Assembly: GCF_963921235.1 (NCBI RefSeq)
Contig: NC_086111.1
Span: 14,880,001 to 14,944,000, forward strand
DNA length: 64,000 nucleotides
Source of the DNA: Mobula hypostoma
Taxonomy: Eukaryota
Direction of reading: 5' to 3'
In this document: positions 10,620-23,880 of the stretch, one piece after another
How positions within the stretch are numbered: position 1 is the first letter of the stretch
Layout of the letters: every line of letters begins with the position of its first letter
Notes under the pieces: model-generated
What the model was told of the DNA's origin: nothing
Database searches by the model: none
The model's input: the letters and a program-made list of their open reading frames with translations, nothing else
Program-made: the position numbers and the translations under genes

Positions 10620-13600
10620 AAGAGTAGCCCAGGAACTACATCTGCGTGAAGTGCATCCAGCAGCAGCTCTTTGAAGACCGTGTTAAGAATCTAGAGCAAT
10701 AGCTGAATGACCTTTGGCTTGTATGGGAGAGTGAGAAGATAATTGATCAGAGTTACAGGGAAGTAGACAAGCCAAAGTTGCAGGAGGTGAGTAGCTGGGT
10801 GACTGTCAGGAGAAATAGAAATGTGAATAGGCAGTTAGCGCAGAGCTCCCCTGTGGCCATTCCCCTCAATAGTATGTTTACTATTTTGGATACTGTTGTG
10901 GGGAATGACTTCCTAGGGGAATGCCACAGAGACCGGGTTACTGGCACTGAGCATAGATCTGTGGTGCAGAAGGGAAAGAGGGAGAAGAGGGGAGCAGTAG
11001 TGACAGGGGACTCAATAGTCGGGGATCAGACAGGAGATTCTGTGGATGTGAACAGGACACCTGAATGGTGTGTTGCCTCCCAGGTGCCAGGGTCAGGGAT
11101 GTGTTGGATCGGGTCCACAGCATGTTGGAGAAGGAGGGACAGCAGACAGACATCTTGGTACATGTTGTCATAGTCATAGTCATACTTTATTGATCCCAGG
11201 GGGAAATTGGTTTTCGTTACAGTTGCACCATAAATAATAAATAGTAATAGAACCATAAATAGTTAAATAGTAATATGTAAAATTATGCCAGTAAATTATG
11301 AAATAAGTCCAGGACCAGCCTATTGGCACAGGGTGTCTGACCCTCCAAAGGAGAAGTTGTAAAGTCTGATGGCCACAGGCAGGAATGACTTCCTGTGACG
11401 CTCTATGCTGCATCTTGGAGGAATGAGTCTCTGGCTGAATGTACTCCTGTGCCCACCCAGTACATTATGTAGTGGATGGGAGACATTGACCAAGATGGCA
11501 TGCAACTTAGACAGCATCCTCTTTTCAGACACCGCCATGAGAGAGTCCAGTTCTATCCCCACAACATCACTGGCCTTACGAATAAGTTTGTTGATTCTGT
11601 TGGTGTCTGCTACCCTCAGCCTGCTGCCCCAGCACACAACAGCAAACATGATAGCACTGGCCACCACAGACTCGTAGAACATCTTCAGCATCGTCCGGCA
11701 GATGTTAAAGGACCTCAGTCTCCTCAGGAAATAGAGACGGCTCTGACCCTTCTTGTAGACAGCCTCAGTGTTCTTTGACCAGTCCAGTTTATTGTCAATT
11801 CGTATCCCCAGGTATTTGTAATCCTCCACCATGTCCACCCTGACCCCCTGGATGGAAACAGGGGTCACCAGTGCCTTAGCCGTCCTCAGGTCTACCACCA
11901 GCTCCTTAATCTTTTTCACATTAAGCTGCAGATAATTCTGCTCACACCATGTGACAAAGTTTCCTACCGTAGCCCTGTACTCAGCCTCATCTCCCTTGCT
12001 GATGCATCCAACTATGGCAGAGTCATCAGAAAACTTCTGAAGATGACAAGACTCTGTGCAGTAGTTGAAGTCTGAGGTGTAAATGGTGAAGAGAAAGGGA
12101 GACAAGACAGTCCCCTGTGGAGCCCCAGTGCTGCTGATCACTCTGTCGGATACACAGTGTTACAAGCACACGTACTGTGGTCTGCCAGTCAGGTAATCAA
12201 GAATCCATGACACCAGGGGAGCATCCACCTGCATCGCTGTCAGCTTCTCCCCCAGCAGAGCAGGGCGGATGGTGTTGAACGCACTGGAGAAGTCAAAAAA
12301 CATGACCCTCACAGTGCTCGCTGGCTTGTTCAGGTGGGCGTAGACATGGTTCAGCAGGTAGACGATGGCATCCTCAACTCCTAGTCGGGGCTGGTAGGTG
12401 AACTGGAGGGGATCTAAGTGTGGCCTGACCATAGGCCGGAGCAGCTCCAGAACAAGTCTCTCCAGAGTCTTCGTGATGTGGGAGGTCAATGCCACCGGTC
12501 TGTAGTCATTGAGGCCGCTGGGGCGCGGCGTCTTCGGCACAGGGACGAGGCAGGATGTTTTCCACAGTACAGGAACCCTCCGGAGCCTCAGGCTCAGGTT
12601 GAATACATGGCGAAGTACTCCACATAGCTGAGGGGCACAGGCTTTGAGCACCCTGGTACTGACACCATCTGGTCCTGCAGACTTGCTTGGGTTGAGACGT
12701 TTCAGCTGTCTTCTCACCTCGCCCATCGTGGTGGTTTTGTGTGGGGGAGGGATATAGTCATGAGAGCAGGGTGGGGGACTGTGAGGAGGGGTAGGAGAGG
12801 AGAGTGGAATATGTGTTGATTGGGGGCCGACAACAGATGGCTAATGTGGGGGATGGGCAGGGGTCACAATGTCAAATCCGTTAAAGAACCGGTTAAGTTC
12901 GTTGGCCCTGTCCACACTGCCTTCAGCTCCTCTGTTGCTAGTTTGCCGGAAACCAGTGATGGTCCTCATCCCCCTCCAGACCTCTCTCATGTTGTTCTGC
13001 TGGAGTTTCCACTCAAGCTTCCTCCTGTACCTGTCTTTAGCCTCCCTGATCCTGGCTTTCAGGTCCCTCTGTATTGCCCTCAGCTCCTCCCTATTTCCAT
13101 CTCTAAACGCCCTCATTGGTACCAATGACATAGGGACGAAAAGCAAAGAGGTCCTGAAAAGAGAATTTAGAGAGCTAGGTAGAAGGCCTAGAAGCAGGAC
13201 CTCCCGGGTAGTAATTTCTGGATTGCTACCTGTGCCACGTGCCGGTGAGGGTAGAAACAGGATGTTTTGACAGATTTGACAGGATGTTTTTGACAAGCTG
13301 GTACAGGGAGCAGGACTTCGGTTTCTTGGATCATTGGGATCTCTTCTGGGGGAGGTATGACCTGTTCAAAAGTGACAGGTTGCACCTGAACCTGAGGGGA
13401 TCTAATATTATCACGGGCAGGTTTGTTACAGCTGTCGGGAGGGTTTAAACTAATTTGTCGGGGCGGGGGGTGTGGAAACCTGTGTGAAGGGACTCAGGGT
13501 AGGACGTATGGTAAAAAAGTAAAGATACCGAACAGTCAGACTGTCAGGAAGGGCAAGCAGATGATAGGATGTAATTGCAGCCAGCAGGGTGAGTATCAGT

Positions 13601-16491
13601 ACATTAGGGATGCAGAATCAAAAAGGGGAGCAAATACGGTATTCAAAGTGTTATATCTCAATGGATGGAGTATAAGAAATAAGGTGGATGAACTTGTTGC
13701 ACTGTTACAGATTGTCGGGGTTGACGTTACAGCCATCACTGAATCCTGGCTGAAGGATGGTTGTAGTAGACGGGAGCTGAATGTCCAAGGTTACACGTTA
13801 TATCAGAGCGATAGGAAAGGAGGCAGAGAGGGTGGCGTGGCTCTTCTGGCAAAGAATGGCATCAAATCAGTAGAAAAATGTGACAGAGGATTGGAAGGTG
13901 TTGAATCCTTGTGGGTTGAGTTAAGAAACTGTAAGATTAAAAGGTCCCTGATGGCAGTTAAATACAGGCCTCGCAACAATAGCTGGGATGTGGACTACAG
14001 ATTAAATGAGAATTAGAAAAGGCGTGTTAAAAGGGTAATGTTATGATAATCATGGGGGATTTCAATATGCAGGTTGATTGGGAACATCAGGTTGGTAATA
14101 GATCTCAAGATAGTGAGTTTGTTGAATGCCTATAAGGTGGCTTTTTAGAGCAGTTTGTCGTTGAGACTACTAGGGGATCAGCTATACTGGATTGGGTGTT
14201 ATGTAATGAACCAGAGGTGATTAGGGAGCTTAATGTAAAAGAACCCTTAGGAGGCAGTGATCATAATATGATTGAGTTCAACTTGAAATTTGATAGTGAG
14301 AAAGTAAAGTCTGATGTCGCAGTATTTCAGTAGAGTAAAGGAGATTACAATGGTATGGGAGAGGAATTGGCCAAAGCAAATTGGAAGGAGATGCTGGCAG
14401 GAATGACAGCAGATGGCATGAATTTCTGTGAAAACTGAGGAAAGTGCAGGATAGATATATTCCAAAAACAAAGAAATACTTAAGTGGCAAAATAGTTCAA
14501 TCCAGGCTGACAAGGAAGCTAGTGTAGATGCAAAAGAGAGGCCGTACAACAAAGCAAAAATTAGTAGGAAGACAGGGGATTGGGAAGCTTGTAAAACTCT
14601 ACAGAGAGCAACTAAAAGAATCACTAGGAAGAAAAAGATGAAATGTGAAAGCAAGCTAGCAAACCATATCTAAGTGTATAGATAATAAAAGCTTTTTCAA
14701 GTATGTGAAAAATAAAGAGAGATGGGAGTGGATATAGGACTGCAAGAAAATGAGGCGGGAGAAATAATAACGGGATCAAGGAGATGGCAAATGAACTAAA
14801 TGCTTATTTTGCATCAGTCTTCACTTTGGAAAGCACCAGCAGTGTGCCAGATGTTAAAGGGTGTGAGGGAAGAGAATGAGTGCAGTTACTATTACAAGGG
14901 AGAAGGTGCTCAAAAAGCTGAAAGACCTAAGGGTACATAAGTCACCCAGACCAGATGAACTGCACCCTAGGGTTCTGAAAGATGTAGTGGTAGAGATTGT
15001 GGAGGCATTAGAAATTATCTTTCAAAAATCATTGGACTCTGGCATGGTGCCAGAGGACTGGAAAATTGCAGATGTCACTTCACTCATTAAGAAAGGAGGA
15101 AGGCGGCAGAAAGGATATTATAGACCAGTTATCCTGATCTCAGAGGTTAGGAACAAGTTGAAGTCAATTGTTAAGGATGAGGTTATGGACTACTTGGTGA
15201 TAGAGGCCAAGATAGGACTAATTCAGCATTTTCCTTAAGGGAAAATCTTGCCTGACAAACCTGTTGGAATTCTTTAAGGAGATTACACGTAGGATAGATA
15301 AAGGCGATGCAGTGTGTGTTGTATATTTGGACTTTCAAAAATCCTTTGACAAGGTTCCACACATGAAGCTGTCTACCAAGTTATGACGTCATGATATTAC
15401 AGGGAAGTTACTGGGATGGTTAGAGTATTGGCTAATTGGTAGGAGGTAGTGAGTGGGAATCCTCTTCTGGTTGGCTGCCAGTGGTGTTCCACAGGGTTTG
15501 GTGTTGGGACGACTTCTTTTTAAGCTGTATATCAATGATTTGAATGATGGAATAGATGGCTTTGTTGCCAAGTTTGCAGATGATATGAAAATTGATGGAG
15601 GGGCAGGTAGTGTTGAGGAAACTGTAGGCTGCAGAAGGTCAGACAAATTAGGAGAATGGGCAAGAGAGTGACAAATGAAATACAATGTTGGAAAATGCCT
15701 GGCCATACACTTTGGTAATAGAAATAGATGAGTAGACTATTTTCTAAATGGGGAGAAAATCCAAAAATCTGAGATGCAAAGGGATCTGAGAGTCCTTGTG
15801 TAGAACACCCAAAAGGTTAACTTGCAGACGTCAGTGGTGAGGAAGGCAAATGCAATGTTAGCATTAATTTCAAGAGGTCTTGAATACAAGAGCAGGGATG
15901 TGATGCTGAGGCTTTATAAGGCTCTACTGAGGCCTCACCTTGAGCATTGTGAACAGTTTTGGGCTCCTTGTCTAAGAAAAGATGTGCTGGCAATGGAGAG
16001 TGTTGAGAGGAGGTTCACAGGATGATTCCAGGAATGAAAGGGTTATCATACGAAGAATGCTTGATAGCTCTGCGTCTGCACTCACTGGAACTTAGTAGGA
16101 TGAGGGGGAGATCTGATTGAAACCTTTCAAATGGTGAAAGACCAAGACAGAAGATGTGGAAAGGATGTTTCCCAAAGTGGGGGAGTCTAGGACAAGAGAG
16201 CACAGCCTTAGGATAGAGGGGTATCTATTTAAAACAGTTGCAGAGAGATTTCTTTAGCCAGTGGGTGGTGAACTTGTGGAATTTATTACCGCAGGCATCT
16301 GTGGAGGCCAGGTTGTTGTGTGTATTTAAGGCAGAGCTTGATAGGTTCTTGGTTGGACATGGCATCGAAGGTTACGGGCAGAAGAGCAGGGAGTGGGGCT
16401 GAGGAGGGGAAAAAAGTATCAGCCATGATTGAATGGAGAAGCAGACTTGATGGGCCAAATGGCTTAATTCTGCTCCTGTGTCTTATGGTCT
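10620..16491 (+). mobile_element. Near full-length decayed CR1 LINE (ORF1 esterase, ORF2 endonuclease-RT), split by a Rex-like insertion at 11167-13114
   Basis: ORF1 SGNH-like GDSIV, HIGTNDI, VVISGLLPVP and DRLHLN. ORF2 LYLNGWSIRNKVDEL, AITESWL, KSPRPDELHPRVLK, SGVPQGLVLG, KFADDMK and LYKALLRPHLE. Tail ctgctcctgtgtcttatggtct. Confidence 0.9.
11167..13114 (-). mobile_element. Young Rex/Babar-like LINE copy 2 with the complete RT domain
   Basis: One reading frame broken only by two stop codons (at about 12841 and 12160). Motifs KSAGPDG, NDYRPVALTS, FFDFSSAFNTI, STGAPQGTVLSPFLF and KFSDD, plus an (atgact)n tail. Confidence 0.93.
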
Positions 16492-17309
16492 CACAGATGA
16501 TCCCGTTGGGAAAGATAGATACTGACCATGGAGATTTTGGCTTCTATGGATCAATGCAGGAAAACAATGAAAAAAGAAAGCTGAGCATGTTTTACACATA
16601 AAGGATGGGTATACAAGGGAGACTCTGAAGTCTTGGTCAGATAATGTATTGGCAACAGTTCTGGGCATCATAGCTCAGGAGGTCGATGATGCTCTTGGAG
16701 GGAGTGAGGTGTCGGATAATGCCACATTTGAAAGTTGAGGTCTGAGGAGAAGGTGCATAAAATTCAGTGCTATGATTTGGAACTTTGAAAGCTAAGGGTT
16801 ATTTAATCTTTTAGAAGCTATTAAGTGGAACCGATTGGATGAGAGAAATATTTTCTACTCATTGGAGAGTCTAGGACTATAGAGATTGTTCTAACTAGTA
16901 GAGGATTTCTGAAGGGCTAGTAACCTTGCTGTACAAATGCCAATGGCTGAAAGATTAGTCATCTAACTGAAATTGATAAACTATTGTCAAAGGCTTTGAA
17001 ATACATATATATTGTGAAATGGCTTCTACTTGTTTTACATAACTACATCTAAGATCAAAGTGCCTGAGGAATTAAATGGCCCACTTTGGTTTCTGTGTTT
17101 GAGAATGGGTGTTTTTGGAGCATTGTTCCACTGTTTAGGATTGTACACATTAACCACTGAATCCCTATTTAAGATGGAGCAACTGTAGAACCCATTACTA
17201 GTCTTTAACACAAAACACCCAAGTTCCTTTGCCCACAGATGCTACTTAACCTCTGAGTTCCTTTGGCGGATTGGCAGATAGTCTTCAAGATTCTGTGTAT
17301 GATCAGCAC

Positions 17310-17460
17310 TGTTCACCTCGGAGGCACATAGCAGGGTTTTAGATGCACCAGGTTGTGATCTGACCTCAATGGGAGGAGGGGAGAGGAGCTGTATGCATCC
17401 TTAACGTTAGCGTACATCAAATCCAGAGTCCTCTCCCCTCTGCTACCATCTCGGGTGACT
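17310..17460 (-). mobile_element. Rex-like endonuclease fragment
   Basis: RGERTLDLMYANVKDAYSSSPLLPLRSDHNLVHL contains the APE-type SDH motif. Confidence 0.75.
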
Positions 17461-17719
17461 TCAACCATGTTACCATGGCTAGAACACTGCCCAACTTCAT
17501 GCAATATGTGAGCTGTACAATCAGAGGGTTGTACCAGGTTGTATCAGTGCAAGGATTATGCTGAGTGCAGCCTGCAAGTGTCATCGATCTTCAGATGCCA
17601 AAGTAGCATGCCCACAACCTACTGCCCCAACTCGTACGTATGTGGGCGGAAAGCAGAATATCTAAGGGAATTCCATGTGGTCATGGGGAGAACGTACAAA
17701 CTCCTTACAGGCAGCAGTG

Positions 17720-17725
<6 letters not shown>

Positions 17726-17766
<41 letters not shown>
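17726..17766. repeat. (CA)n microsatellite at the end of a minus-strand V-SINE remnant (about 17530-17720)
   Basis: About 20 perfect CA units. Confidence 0.95.
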
Positions 17767-17770
<4 letters not shown>

Positions 17771-17890
17771 TACATGTGTGTTGAGGACTGACCCCCATCC
17801 AACAACACCCCTCAACCTTTTTACAAACTTTCTACAAAATAGCACTGTTTCTGTTTAGTACAGGCCACACAGACCATTGTCCCCTCTGTT

Positions 17891-17966
17891 CATAGGCATC
17901 CGTTAGTCTCATGAGACCATGGATTTACGCCTTGGAAGGTTTCCAGGGCGCAGGCCTGGGCAAGGT
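17891..17966 (-). mobile_element. 3' tail fragment of the SINE family seen at 40963-41268
   Basis: Reverse complement of ...ccttgcccaggcctgcgccctg(g)aaaccttccaaggcg...actaacggatgcctat. Confidence 0.85.
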
Positions 17967-18921
17967 TCAATACAGTGTATATAGAGCATCGGTCTCCTGT
18001 TTTGGATTGTTTGTGTGTGCATATTTAGGTTATATGTAAAATAAAAGTATATCCTGATAATCAATTAAACGGAGCAGATTCTGTACAAAGCAATTAAATG
18101 GTAAGAGCCCAGACAGACAGACCTTGGGATTGCATTGGGTTTTGTGAATCAGCAAGAGGTTCCAGGTGAGGAAAGGAAGGAAGTGCCTTAAGTAGAGGTT
18201 TCTGTGAGAGGAGGTGGTTGGAGTTCTAGGTCCAAATTACTACTTGTCCTATGAAATAGGAGGCTGTTTAGGTCCATTGGCTCTTTGCTGGCATAAATCA
18301 ATCCAATTCCACCACTAATTTTTCCTTAATCTATACTTCCCACATTCTGATCAACTCCATACTACAATTAACCTGAGTCACTGAGTTATGAGGCAGCAGC
18401 TTTACGAGCTGCCCTAACAGTGCCTAGAGAGTGATGATGGAAAAGGGATTACCTTTGTGAAAGAGGCTTTGTGTCTGTTATTGCAATAGGTAAATGACAA
18501 CTATTATAACAATATAAATAATTTGGATTCTGTTGCATTTGATTAATTAGTATGGCAATGTGGCATTGGAACTCAGTTATTTTTGTTACCCTTAAGGTTC
18601 TTCCAGGGGCTAAGAATGGCAAACAGTCTTAATTCTTAACGATCACTTATTTTAAAGTTTAAACAAAAGTACAAATACTAAGCAAACTAAGTGAAGAGCT
18701 AGGAAACAAAGCAGAGATTCAATGGAAAGCAAAGAAGCTGAAGATAAAAAAGAAAAAGGCAACGAGAAAAACGATGGCGCCATTGAAAAATCCATCACCT
18801 TTATGGTGAGGATGAGAAAATTCCTTAGATAAAAATAAACCAAGCAATGGTTGCACAATTACATCACGTGGATAATGTGCTAACACAACCAACGAAAAAT
18901 GAAAAAGTGTCGGTAACTCCT

Positions 18922-19307
18922 AACATGAGGAAATCTGCAGATGCTGGAATTTCAAGCAACACACACAAAAAATGCTGGTGAACGCAGCAAGCCAGGCAGC
19001 ATCTATAGGAAGAGGTACAGTCAACGTTTTGGGCCGAGACCCTTCATCAGGACTAACTGAAAGAAGAGATAGTAAGAGATTTGAAAGTGGGAGGGGGAGG
19101 GGGAGATCCGAAATAATAGGAGAAGACAGGAGAGGGAGGGATGGAGCTAAGAGCTGGAAAGTTGATTGGCAAAAGGGATATGAGGCTGGAGAAGGGAGAG
19201 GGTCATGGGATGAGAGGCCTAGGGAGAAAGAAAGGGGGGGGGGATGGGCAAGGAGTATAGTAAGAGGGACAGAGGGAGAAAAAAGAGAGAAAAAAAAGTA
19301 ATGATAA

Positions 19308-19338
<31 letters not shown>

Positions 19339-19440
19339 GGGATGGGGTACGAAGGGGAGGTGGGGCATTAACGGAAGATAGAGAAGTCAATGTTCATGCC
19401 ATCGGGTTGGAGGCTACCCAGATGGAATATAAGGTGTTAT
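18922..19440 (-). mobile_element. Penelope-like element 3' end with a mutated hammerhead and an (AAAT)n tract
   Basis: End of the endonuclease ORF (HLIFHLGSLQPDGMNIDFS), then the UTR and terminal module. The hammerhead at about 19019-19054 has GAAA changed to AAAA and GUC changed to GUU. Confidence 0.88.
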
Positions 19441-19849
19441 AAGGTCCTATACCACTTTCTGCCAGTAAGTGGGGACGAACCACCATATATTCTGTGAAAA
19501 ATACATGAGTTTGTTAAAAAAGTACAAATCATGAGTAAACTACGACTTTAGTCTTACATTAATTCATCTAATATCTTATAAAAAGTATTAAAAACCAGTG
19601 GTTTCCAACAGCGAAAACCCCATATGTTTGTCTAATCTAGCTATGTTCAGAATAATCAGTTTGCTTATCACTCAGTTTGGTCAATGGCATGTCGAGTCTA
19701 CCACTCATCAAGATCATGACGGATAATCCACCTCATTTCCACTTTCCATTCTAATTCTCACATATTCTTGGATTACAAACATCTGTCATTATTTGCATTT
19801 CTCTGAGGGAAAGGATTCCCAAGACTAGCAGTCTTTAGTATGTTTGAGT

Positions 19850-20580
19850 TCCTTGTGGGCCCAGCACGAGTGCAGTTATGAAGAAAACATGGCAAACTTC
19901 AAACTTCAAACTTCCTTTGAAGTTTGTGAAGGATCGGCATGACATCTAAAATTTTAACAAACTTCTATAGATGTGTGGTGGAGAGTATATTGAGTGGTTG
20001 CATCATAGTCTGCTATGGAAACACCAATGCCCTTGAATGGAAAACGTTACAAAAAGTTGTGGATACAGCCCAGTCCATTACAGGTAAAGCCATTCCCACC
20101 ATTGAGCACATCTACATGAAGTGTTGTCACAAGGAAGCAGCATCCATCATCAGGGACCCCCACCACCCAGGTAAAGCTTTTTTCTCTCTGCTGTCATCAG
20201 GAAGAAGGTACAGGAGCCTCAGGACTCACACTACCAGGTTCAGGAAGTTACTACTCTTAAACCATCAGGCTCTTAAACAAAGGGGATAACTTCTCTCAAC
20301 TTCACTTGCCCATCACTGAAATGTTCCACAACCCGTGGACTCACTTTCAAGGACTTTACATCTCATGTTTATTGTTCATTTATTTTTTATTATTATTTCT
20401 TTTTGTATTTGCGCAGTTATACTTGGTACACTGGTTGAACACCCAGTTGGTGTGGTCTTTCATTGATCCTATGATGGCTACTGTTCTATTATGGATTTAT
20501 TGAGTATGCCCACAAGAAAATGAATCTCAGGGTTGTATACGTTGACATCTATGTACTTGGATAATAAATTTACTTTGAAA
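19850..20580 (+). mobile_element. Rex/Babar-like LINE 3' fragment
   Basis: MTSKILTNFYRCVVESILSGCI...SGRRYRSLRTHTTRFR, with tail aataaatttactttga. Confidence 0.85.
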
Positions 20581-20589
20581 ACTAGCTCA

Positions 20590-20710
20590 TTTCCCAGTTC
20601 TGACAAAAGGTTTTGGCCCAGAAATATTAACTGTGCTTGTCTTTTCACAATTACTGTCTGACTTGCTGAATGTTTCCAGCATTTTCTGTTTTTATTTCAA
20701 ATTTTCAACA
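20590..20710 (+). mobile_element. Solo Penelope terminal module with a degenerate hammerhead
   Basis: cagtt-ctgacaa-aaggttttggccca-gaaa-tatt-aactg followed by ...ctgacttgctgaatgtttccagcatttt. Confidence 0.65.
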
Positions 20711-21823
20711 GGTTTCCATTGAGATTATCCAGAATTTTGTTGCCTCCATCCCTACTTCCTGAGCCTCACACACCTCTCACCAGCTGCACCAGCTTTCAGT
20801 TTTGCAATGCTTCAGATTTAAAATTCTTCATCTCTTTTAGTCCCTCAAATTATTTTGAGGAGTTGTATTTATAAATAATTTTTTTACAGTATCAGTTCAT
20901 CTTGGTGTTGATGAGCTTGCCTGGCATGTTTGGGCATAACCTCTGGAGTTCCCTCCCTAAACCTTTCTGTTTCCTGTCTTTAAGGCGCTCTTTATTGTCT
21001 AACTTTGAGCAGTGTTTGGCTGGCTGTCCTCTCCATAGCTAATTGTTAGATTTAATCTTACATTACAGTGAGTGACTGATACCTGGAACACAATAGCGGA
21101 GGAAGTGGTTACATTTCCTACATTCATTTGGAAAGGCAAAGCATAAAAGGATATTTACTAGTGCTGGCAAATGGGATCAGTGTAGATAAGCAAAAAGGTC
21201 TGCATGGACATGATGGGCCATTTCAGTGCTGTTCAGCTCAGTGACACCTGTGGATTGCAGGAAGTGCATGTGTTGTTATTGCAATGCATAGGTGTCATAG
21301 AATGCTTCGGCACCGGAATGCTTTCTATGCCAAAAATGCATTCTTTTGCTGTAGTGAATATTCCAGTGCTGAAGTGGATTGCATTAGTGTTTTAGTGGTA
21401 CAGGTGCATAGGTACTACTTGAAACACAGTGGAGGAGGTGGTCAAACTGACCCATAGACATGAGTAAAATTCTGGAAAATATCATGTGACCTAGGCAGCA
21501 GAGTGACCTAAGATTATATTGCAGTTCAGTGGGTAGGAGGATTTTATACCCCAGTCTTGCAATATTAAGAAAAGCAGAGATTAACTAAATGGTGTGCACT
21601 CAAGTCATGACTGATCCTATACCTCAACCCTACATTCCTGTTTAATCCCCATATTCCTTAATTCTCTTCAAATCCAAAAATCTAAAGCTTGGCTATAAAA
21701 ATACACACACCTTCCATACTTTATTGCACACTTGCTTTAATGTAGATCAATGTGGCATGCCAGAGATTGTATTTTTAAAAATAATGTACTAATGATTTTA
21801 TTTCTTCCCTCCTACTTCCTCAG

Positions 21824-21908
21824 GTTTGGAAAGTGTGGACCATTATCCAATATTGGTAGCTGTGACAGGAATTCTTGTCCGCATCCTAGTTGACTCTGAT
21901 GCTCAGGG
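21824..21908 (+). CDS. RNF123: RNF123 coding exon (85 nt, phase 1/2)
   Basis: Acceptor ttcttccctcctacttcctcag and donor GG|gtaaga. It translates to (G)[27 protein letters not shown](G), in frame with the previous exon. I found no following exon (expected ...LLADPCFQ...) in the window. Confidence 0.95.
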
Positions 21909-23199
21909 GTAAGAAACTGTTTGCTAAATGTTGAACAGAAGGATTGTTAATATAATAATTTATGTATATTGTCTGTCACTTGGTTAGACAGTGTATTTGA
22001 TGTGGGAAATTACAAAATGCTATTTTTAAAAGAATAAAGTATCTTTGGAGGTATATTTTACACCGTGATGTAAGGTTAGATAAATATTGGTGCGCATGAT
22101 TAAAAGAAAGTTTTAACCGTTTTTCCTAGTTCTTTATTTAAGCATGATAACCAAACAGCCTGTGAAGTTTTGGTTGAAGAACAATTTGGATAACTTGAAT
22201 TGTGTCAGTTCTCGGGTTTGGATTTATTGTTCACAGTATATAGTTAGAATTAATTCTAAAGATAGATCCGAACTTCAGAGCTGCAGCAGAACCCTAATAA
22301 AAGCAATGCAAAGTTCAGCTATATTCCTCCATTTTAACTGGCTACAAAACTTGCTAGAACATAGAAATATTACAGCACTGAAAGAAACCATTCAGCCCGG
22401 CAGGTTCATACCAGCTTTGTCAGTTTAATTTACCTGCTCTACTTTAATACTTTGTCTCTCATGATTTTACCTGTTCTCTTTTGAAAGCTTCAATTAAATA
22501 TATGCCCTCCACACTTTCAGAATTCTAGATCATAACTACCTGCTGTGTCACGGAGATTTTATTCTTGTTAGCCTGGATCTTTAGCAGTTATTTTAAATCT
22601 GTATCCTTGGCCTTTTACAAATGGGAACAGTTTCTGTCTGTTTTTGCCTATTTAAACCATCATGGTATTGGCTTCCTAACCTGCTCAGCTTTAAGAACAA
22701 TATAAGCCTTGTTCTTGCAATTGACATTGGTTATCTCTCTGTTCATATTCTCTGGGATTTTACATTCCTTTTTACATGATGATGAGTAAAATGGGATGTT
22801 AAACTCTTGTTTTACAAAGTTTCAAAGTAACATTTTTGCCTTTCAATCTGGTAATTTCATAAGGCTACTGTTACTGCTGAGATTTTATTAAATTCGAGGT
22901 CTATTTTATTCAGTTTAAATTCCCTAGCTGCTTTAAATTGCCAATGGAACAATGGTCCAGAACCCTGGTTGCTTGTCGAGTAAGAACCCACACCATTGTT
23001 TGTCTCACCAGTCTGAGAAGTAGCCATTTGCAACAGTTCTCTGCTTGCAGTCCTTGAGCCGTCCTCTTACCAATGCCATCAGTGATTCTTCGCTTCCATC
23101 AGTTTCAGTTTTAGAATAACCTTTTTTGAGAGATGTTTTTGGATGCCATCTGAAAGTTAATAGTGTGATATTTACTGCATTATACTCATTAGCCTCCTT

Positions 23200-23600
23200 T
23201 ATTACTTCGTCAATAAACTTAACCTAAGTTAGTCAAACATGGTTCTCTGTTCTCCGTTAATAATTCACACCTCTCCAAATTACTGTTATTTTTCATTTCG
23301 TTGGTTATTATTTGTAAAAGCTGGTGTATTCGTGCAGTTAAGTGACCAGCCTGCACTTGTTGAGTTTATTTATGTCGTCGTGAACAAAATTGTAATGTTT
23401 CCCATTCAACCATGTTTGGTACCAACCCCGTCCTGAGTGAAGACTCGAAGATTCCACATAATACTTTTGAAATTTCCATCTGCAGTTGATTGGCAATGTG
23501 CGATGCATCCAATCTTGACCACGTGATTTTTCATATCTAAGTATAGTCGGTTTTCTGGTACCTTCTCCCATCTATGTAGCAGCAATGCCTTTTTTGGCCA
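23200..23600 (-). mobile_element. Very old CR1 RT fragment
   Basis: Minus-strand frames give KSRGQDWMH and EISKVLCGIFESSLRTGLVP, matching the CR1 pattern KSPGPDGMHP...IF.SSL.TG.VP. Confidence 0.6.
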
Positions 23601-23639
23601 AGGTAGATACAGAATAAGCATTTTATGTTTCAGCTATTC

Positions 23640-23880
23640 CTTCTGAAGGTGGTGAATCTGTTGAATTCATTGCCATAGATACCTGTGGAGGCCAAGTCAT
23701 TGGGTATATTTAAAGTGGAGGTTGATAGGTTTTTGATTAGTCAGAGCACCAAAAGTTGCAGGGGAAAAGCAGGAGAATGGAGTTGAGAGGGATAATAAAT
23801 CAGCCACAATTGGATGGCAGAGCCCATCGATGGGCCGAATAGCCTGATTCTGTTCTGTGTTATGTGGTTTTATGGTCTTC
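23640..23880 (+). mobile_element. CR1 3' end fragment
   Basis: ggtggtgaatctg...gaggccaagtcattgggtatatttaa...gatgggccgaatagcctgattctg. Confidence 0.8.

Noticed and set aside
18600-18920. A-rich, CpG-retaining stretch with a short ORF MESKEAEDKKEK..., considered as a viral or novel insert
   Set aside because: It is too short and has no diagnostic motif. It is more plausibly a very old CR1 linker fossil like 23200-23600.
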